Below, one piece after another: positions 58,624 to 64,000 of a stretch of 64,000 nucleotides of DNA; position 1 is the stretch's first letter; every line of letters starts with the position of its first letter. A program made the position numbers and the translations under genes. The notes under the pieces are model-generated. The model worked only from the letters and a program-made list of their open reading frames with translations. It was not told the origin of the DNA and ran no database searches. Source of the DNA: Thermodesulfobacteriota bacterium (GTDB lineage: Bacteria > Desulfobacterota > Desulfarculia > JACQYL01); the NCBI GenBank assembly GCA_963675595.2, contig CAXXLZ010000002.1, forward strand, positions 2,976,001 to 3,040,000, in the 5' to 3' direction.

Positions 58624-59592
58624 GACTCTTACCTCCCATCCAAGTGTTCCGCTCTTCATCTGTCGAATCCGGTGGAGCAATGAGTAAGAGGCTCCTCCTC
58701 CCAGGAGCCGACCTTCACTTACCCCTTTTCTCCCACGGCATTCGACACCTTCAACAACCCCGGCGCGCGACGCAAGGGATGAGCCCGAACCGATGAATGC
58801 CGGGCGCAGGCTCATATTCCATTTAAAGCATGAAAGCGGAAAGCTTGTCTACTATCCTATTCATGATTTTGAGTCATAAAAATCATGATTCCATTGTCAA
58901 ACAAGCTGTAGGAGGGAGTATTTCATTAAACATAATTTTGGATAGAAAGTTACAGGCCTCACAGACAAGCCGATCAAAATACTCTTTCACTAAACGCTGC
59001 ATGTTTCTTCATGACGTATCGTGCAACAAAACCTAAGAAAACGTTCCAAATCTCCTTATTCAATATCCCAGCACCCTTAATTCCTCCCCAACGGATATTG
59101 TTTGATCGTTGAACTATTTGACGAGCATTCAATCATTATATTTATTGTGGTACAAAATCCATTCCGTTTCCATAAGAAACTTTAAGAAAAAAATTGCTCT
59201 CTTCGTAACAATCCTTGTCCCGATGTCTTCCTCTTTTGTATTATTGGGCGTTTCCATTAAACACTACAATTTCGATCGGTTTTGTCTTTGGATCGTGATC
59301 CATGGTTCGACACACCCCGGCCCGCGCTCGTCGTCGAGATCCGTCGGTATTCCTCTTATGTTGGGTGAAGTGGAAACGTAAGGAAGCCGGACCTCAGGCA
59401 GGTTTGCCACGAGGCGCTTTGCCGGCCGGGGCGCCGCCCCTCATGCGTCGCCGGTGCAAAGCGAAATTCGTAATACAAAACAGACACTTTAGAACTCTCA
59501 CATATTGGAGATTCGCTCATCGCCTTTCCGCAAATCACCAAACCGACGTAAGCACCAACCCCGATCTCCTCTCCCCGCGTCCCCGTTCAAAG

Positions 59593-60131
59593 TCAAACGG
59601 AAAGCAGATCCGGATACAATTTCTTCGCGCAATCCGCACAGATCCCGTGCCTGAATCTGGCCTGCGAGTGATCTTGAATGTATTCTTCCATTGGATGCCA
59701 TTGGCCCTGATCGTCCCTGATTTTCCTGCGGGACGCACAGATGGGCAAGAGGCCTTCCGGTTGCCGGACCCACTTCCCCCCTTTGCCGCCCTATCCGGAA
59801 TCAGCAGACTCACGCCCATGCAGAAGAACACGGGGGCGAAACCGAGAGAAGCCACGTACATTGGAAACAAGGGTTCCATGTCTTTTGCCCAAAAGGCTCG
59901 CCTGTAAGAATGTTTCGGTGTCTACGAGAAAGAAGAGATCAGGGGGAACGGGTGCTCAGAAGCCTGCATGCAAGGCTCAAATTGTCTGGTCAAGACCACA
60001 TTTCCGGCGGTACCGGGAATGATTGATGAATCTTCGGTCGAACGGATACTCGAAAGAGCAATCAAGACCGTTATTGTTAAGAACCCCCGGGACACCGCCG
60101 TTTTTGTGTCGAAACTCAGGACGTCAGTCAA
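59593..60131 (-). pseudogene. Decayed gene ending in the deltaproteobacterial GLLPICxxC..HGICxxC domain
   Basis: Minus strand reads GLLPICASRRKIRDDQGQWHPMEEYIQDHSQARFRHGICADCAKKLYPD..*. There is an in-frame TAG just upstream, no start codon, and hydrophobic fragments in other frames. Confidence 0.65.
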
Positions 60132-62301
60132 TAATCTCCTCGAAATGGCGTCGCGAAAGCTCGACTTTTTCCGTAGGCCCTTCCGGTCCGGCGTCCAGGT
60201 ATTCCCGGAGCCGATTCATGGTTGCGCGCCGGCAAGCCGCCTGAATTCGAGCCCCGCTCCATCCGACGCTCTTTTTCGCCAGCCATTTCAAATCCACGTC
60301 CTCGGCCGTGGAAAACCGCTTCAAATGGATTCGAAAAATCTCTTCCCGTTCGGCCTCGTCCGGGAGCGTCAACGTTACTTGAAGCTCGAACCTGCCGGGG
60401 CGCATAAGAGAGAGGTCCAGGGTTTCCGGTTGTGACGTGGCTCCAAGAATGATCACGCCACGCAGTTTCTCGATGCCGTCCATTTCGGTGAGAAACTGGC
60501 TGACCATGCGACCGACCACCCTTCCACCTCCGGTGTCCAAACCGCGAAATCCCGCAAAAGAATCGATCTCATCGAAAAACAACACGCAAGGGGCGGCCAG
60601 TCGGGCCTTACGAAAAACCTCCCGAACCCGTTCCTCACTTTCCCCCACGTACTTGCTCAATAGCTCGGGACCCTTGACGGAGATGAAATTCAACCCGCTT
60701 TCCCTACCCACCGCCTGGGCAATCAAGGTCTTACCTGTTCCGGAAGGACCCGTAATCAGGATCCCTTGCGGCGGATCGACACCCAATTCCTCAAAGCGCT
60801 CCGGAAATCTCATGGGCCATTCAATGGCCTCTCTGAGCACCTGCTTGGCATGGGCGCATCCACCCACCTGATCCCAACCCACATCCGGAAGCTCCACACG
60901 GACCTCTCGGATGGCCGAGGGTTCGACTTCTTTGAACGCATGGTCAAAGTCGTCAATCTCCACAAACATGCTCTCAAGGAATTCCGGTGACACCTCGCGC
61001 CCCGAGTTCAGCTCAGGCAGCACGCGACGCAGCGCGTGGATGGCGGCTTCCTGGCAGAAAGCCTTGAGGTCCGCACCCACAAACCCGTGGGTCCGGGAAG
61101 CCCAGGATTCGAGGTCCACTTCCGGCTTCAAGGGCATCTTACGGCTGTGAATCTTAAGAATTTCCAGTCTTCCTCTCTCATCCGGCACGCCCACGGAAAT
61201 TTCACGATCGAATCTGCCGGGGCGGCGCAACGCGGGGTCCAGCGCATTCGGAATATTCGTGGCTCCGATGACAACCACCTGACCCCTGGATTCCAGACCA
61301 TCCATCAGAGCCAACAATTGAGCCACAACCCGCTTCTCGACTTCACCTTCCGTCTTTTCACGTTTGGGCGCTATGGCATCGATTTCATCCAAAAAGATGA
61401 TTGCGGGCGCATTCTCTTGCGCCTTTTCAAAAATTCCACGAATCTTCTCTTCGCTCTCGCCATAATGGCGTTGCATAATTTCCGGGCCGTTCACATGGTA
61501 GAAGTCGGCATGGGTTTCCTGAGCAACGGCCCTGGCGATGAGTGTCTTTCCCGATCCCGGCGGTCCGTGGAGCAGAATACCTTTGGGCGCATCCACACCC
61601 AACCGTTCAAAAAGCTGGGGAAACCTCAACGGAAGTTCCACCACCTCTTTGATTCGCTCGATCTCCCGGTCCAGTCCGCCGATATCTCCATAACCCAAAA
61701 CACCGGTTTTGCCTTCGTCCGCGTCTCCGGTTTCGAGATCGATCACAGTTTCTTCGTTGATGTGCACGGCGCCGCCGGGGACCGTGGAAGCCACCAAAAA
61801 GGCCTCTCTGCGTGTACTCGAGACCTCCAAAGGAATGGTGTTTCCTTCTAAAACGACAAACCCTTTGAGACGGTCGAGCAAAGCCCGCTTGCGATCCGGT
61901 TTCAACAGGATCGCTTTGGGGGGACGCAAAGTCACTGATTGAGCGGCCTCCGGCTCCACGGGCCACAAGGTGACCTTCTGAAATATGGCCGTTCCCGCGT
62001 TTTTCAGGGACAAAGCGTCCAGATGCACCACGGCCTCCGCCCCTCGCACCGGAAGGACCGGTCCGACCGGCACCAGGGCCTTTCCCTCTCCCCCGACCAT
62101 GACGAAATCCCCTTCCTTTACACGAAGAAATTCCAGGTTGCAGGGAGCCATCCGCGCCATGAAGCGGTCTCCGTCTTCCACAAGGGAACGGGCCACGTGA
62201 AGGGATAAATGATGCTCTCCACAGGACTGTTCGCGGCAGTCCTTACATGCGTGATGGTAGGGGTCATGGGCGTGACCGTGATGTGGGCAATCGTGTTCCA
62301 T
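60124..62301 (-). CDS. CDC48/VCP-family AAA+ ATPase
   Basis: Two AAA modules: [29 protein letters not shown] and [27 protein letters not shown] before MEHDC. Confidence 0.9.
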   Translation of the reverse strand: MEHDCPHHGHAHDPYHHACKDCREQSCGEHHLSLHVARSLVEDGDRFMARMAPCNLEFLRVKEGDFVMVGGEGKALVPVGPVLPVRGAEAVVHLDALSLKNAGTAIFQKVTLWPVEPEAAQSVTLRPPKAILLKPDRKRALLDRLKGFVVLEGNTIPLEVSSTRREAFLVASTVPGGAVHINEETVIDLETGDADEGKTGVLGYGDIGGLDREIERIKEVVELPLRFPQLFERLGVDAPKGILLHGPPGSGKTLIARAVAQETHADFYHVNGPEIMQRHYGESEEKIRGIFEKAQENAPAIIFLDEIDAIAPKREKTEGEVEKRVVAQLLALMDGLESRGQVVVIGATNIPNALDPALRRPGRFDREISVGVPDERGRLEILKIHSRKMPLKPEVDLESWASRTHGFVGADLKAFCQEAAIHALRRVLPELNSGREVSPEFLESMFVEIDDFDHAFKEVEPSAIREVRVELPDVGWDQVGGCAHAKQVLREAIEWPMRFPERFEELGVDPPQGILITGPSGTGKTLIAQAVGRESGLNFISVKGPELLSKYVGESEERVREVFRKARLAAPCVLFFDEIDSFAGFRGLDTGGGRVVGRMVSQFLTEMDGIEKLRGVIILGATSQPETLDLSLMRPGRFELQVTLTLPDEAEREEIFRIHLKRFSTAEDVDLKWLAKKSVGWSGARIQAACRRATMNRLREYLDAGPEGPTEKVELSRRHFEEIID

Positions 62302-62455
62302 GGGTGTCCTCTTTCCGAAATTACCTGCAGGGACGAAAATCGCCCCATTTTTTTCCCGCATCGGTAATACGCATTGGAGGCGGACGGTTCCGACGGCTCA
62401 ACCCGGATGGAAACCAACCAGGGGCCGAGGTCCGAATTCGAACTCCGTCCCTCCT

Positions 62456-63655
62456 TTACGAAGAAAAAAACCCGGAGAATCTTTTATTCTCCAAGAGTCT
62501 TTTCCAAAGATGAAGCATCCTATCCACCCAGTCGAACCGGGTCTCGCGAGCCGTCTGGAGAAATAAGTACACTCCGAGGGTGCCGAAAAGCACGTTGGGA
62601 GCCCAAGCCCCCGGGGCCACCGGGACCAGGCCGCTTTCGCCCAGACTTTTTGTGGCACTATACAAAATAAAGTAAACAAAGAAGATCACCAGCGCAATGA
62701 CCATACCCCATGATTTTCTGCCACCGGAGAATTGCACACCCAGGCTGACCCCCAAAATGGACATGACCAGGCAAGCCACGGGAAGGGCGAAACGGTGATG
62801 ATACTCGAGCAGGGCCATCTGATGTCTTTCCGTCCCGGGTTCCCCATTGCGGATGACTTCGTTGAGTTGGCCCATGGTCATCTCAAACGGGTCGAGCGCC
62901 TCGGTGTCGCGTCTTCCAACCTTTGAGAGGTCCCAGAAATCCTCCAACGGAAGGTTCAGATCATAGCGGCGAAAGGAAACCGTCTGGGCGGAATCGAACC
63001 CCCCTTCCACCCGGCTGATAACGCCGTCCATAAGGCGAAAGGAAATCGATTTCCCGTCCGAGCTCGGAACGATATGCCCTTTCTCGGCCACGATGGTGTT
63101 TCGTACGCGAGGGTCCCGCTCGTCCGAGATTACGATTTCTTCCATGTACTTATTTTTCGGGGTGTATTTCCCCATATAGACCACGGCCTTACCGGCAACG
63201 TCGTTGAAGATTCCTTCTTTGAGCACCACGTCGGCGTGGGCCTTCACAATCTTCTGAATCGTCTGCTTGGTGGACCAGATTCCCCACGGCAGCGCGTGAA
63301 TACAGAGAAACATGGTGATCGCGTAGCTTAACACCGCCAGCAGCGCCACCGGGCGCATCATATGATAAAGGCTCACTCCGGCGGTCTTCATCGCAGTGAT
63401 TTCATTATCCGCAGAAAGGCGATGAAAAGCGAGGAGCACCGCCATGAGCGTCGCCATGGGAACGATGAACACCAGAAAGCTCGGCAGGATCGCGGCCACA
63501 AGCCACAGAATGTCCATGACGGACACGCCTCTGCTCACGATGAGTTTGGTAAGCAGGGTCATTTTCCCCAAAATGAGCACCGTGCTGAACACGAGGATGC
63601 TCACCAGAAAGGGAGGAACCATTTCCATGAAGATGTATTTATCGAGTCGTTTCAT
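62456..63655 (-). CDS. lptF: LPS export ABC transporter permease LptF
   Basis: LDKYIF.E..PPF, RLSADNEITAMK.AGVS, EG.FN, E.H.RFALP, GAWAPN. Confidence 0.85.
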   Translation of the reverse strand: MKRLDKYIFMEMVPPFLVSILVFSTVLILGKMTLLTKLIVSRGVSVMDILWLVAAILPSFLVFIVPMATLMAVLLAFHRLSADNEITAMKTAGVSLYHMMRPVALLAVLSYAITMFLCIHALPWGIWSTKQTIQKIVKAHADVVLKEGIFNDVAGKAVVYMGKYTPKNKYMEEIVISDERDPRVRNTIVAEKGHIVPSSDGKSISFRLMDGVISRVEGGFDSAQTVSFRRYDLNLPLEDFWDLSKVGRRDTEALDPFEMTMGQLNEVIRNGEPGTERHQMALLEYHHRFALPVACLVMSILGVSLGVQFSGGRKSWGMVIALVIFFVYFILYSATKSLGESGLVPVAPGAWAPNVLFGTLGVYLFLQTARETRFDWVDRMLHLWKRLLENKRFSGFFSS

Positions 63656-63659
63656 TATC

Positions 63660-64000
63660 TCAGCAGATTCTGGGCCACGCTTCACCCGTCGGCATATCCA
63701 ACAGGCGCGTTCCTCCGATGGCGGTTCGCATCACCACCCGGCCCGAGTGTGACGGCACCGCTCGCCCGATGCAACGAGCCTCGGCCCCGTCGGGGTGTCT
63801 CTTCATTGTTTCGAGAACGGCGTCGGCGTCCTCTCGTTTAACCATTACCAGCATCTTGCCTTCGTTGGCCAAGACCAAAGGGTCCAAACCCAACAGGTCA
63901 CACGCGGTCCGCACTTCGGTCCTGCAAGGCACGCTGCTCTCGTCGATCTCAATCCCCACCTCGGATTGAAATGCGATCTCATTCAGCGCGGCCGCCAGTC
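63660..64000 (-). CDS. hypE: Hydrogenase maturation protein HypE (3' part; runs off window)
   Basis: LGLDPL.LANEGK and the C-terminal GE..PRIC signature. Confidence 0.92.
   Translation of the reverse strand, partial: LAAALNEIAFQSEVGIEIDESSVPCRTEVRTACDLLGLDPLVLANEGKMLVMVKREDADAVLETMKRHPDGAEARCIGRAVPSHSGRVVMRTAIGGTRLLDMPTGEAWPRIC

Noticed and set aside
58820-59300. oriC candidate
   Set aside because: AT-rich, but I found no cluster of TTATCCACA-like DnaA boxes and no dnaA.
1-64000. CRISPR arrays, tRNA/rRNA genes, prophage
   Set aside because: No regularly spaced repeats, structural RNA signatures or phage genes were seen by eye.

Overview
A 64-kb chromosomal segment, most likely from an anaerobic deltaproteobacterium (Desulfobacterota-like, inferred from gene content). 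It opens with the 3' part of a very large FG-GAP/beta-helix/InlB-B/Fn3 surface protein. A 1,391-bp IS110-family (IS1111-type) element interrupts this gene just before its IPTL-CTERM anchor. The element's ends, core (TTTCC), circle-junction promoter and a candidate bridge/seek RNA with target- and donor-matching guides can be read from the sequence. Next come an enamidase homologue, pckA, a Liv-type ABC transporter, a frameshifted class II ribonucleotide reductase, ogt, ttcA and an isocitrate/isopropylmalate dehydrogenase. parAB is flanked by two parS sites, one inside a 42-bp perfect palindrome. An aromatic amino-acid operon (aroF-aroB-aroA-aroC/chorismate mutase fusion-tyrA-pheA) carries an unannotated Phe/Tyr-rich leader peptide and two interlocking terminators. 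The second half holds an RpoH-like sigma factor and an ABC transporter operon with an embedded acyl-CoA ligase. It also holds a sigma54 promoter plus c-di-GMP-I riboswitch controlling a VPLPA-CTERM protein with thioester-domain motifs, paaK, and a sigma54/phosphorelay cluster ahead of an SLC13 permease. The window ends with a csp gene, a decayed gene, a CDC48-type ATPase with a His/Cys-rich N-terminus, lptF and the 3' end of hypE. No rRNA, tRNA or CRISPR array was seen. All calls come from reading motifs by eye; no searches were run.
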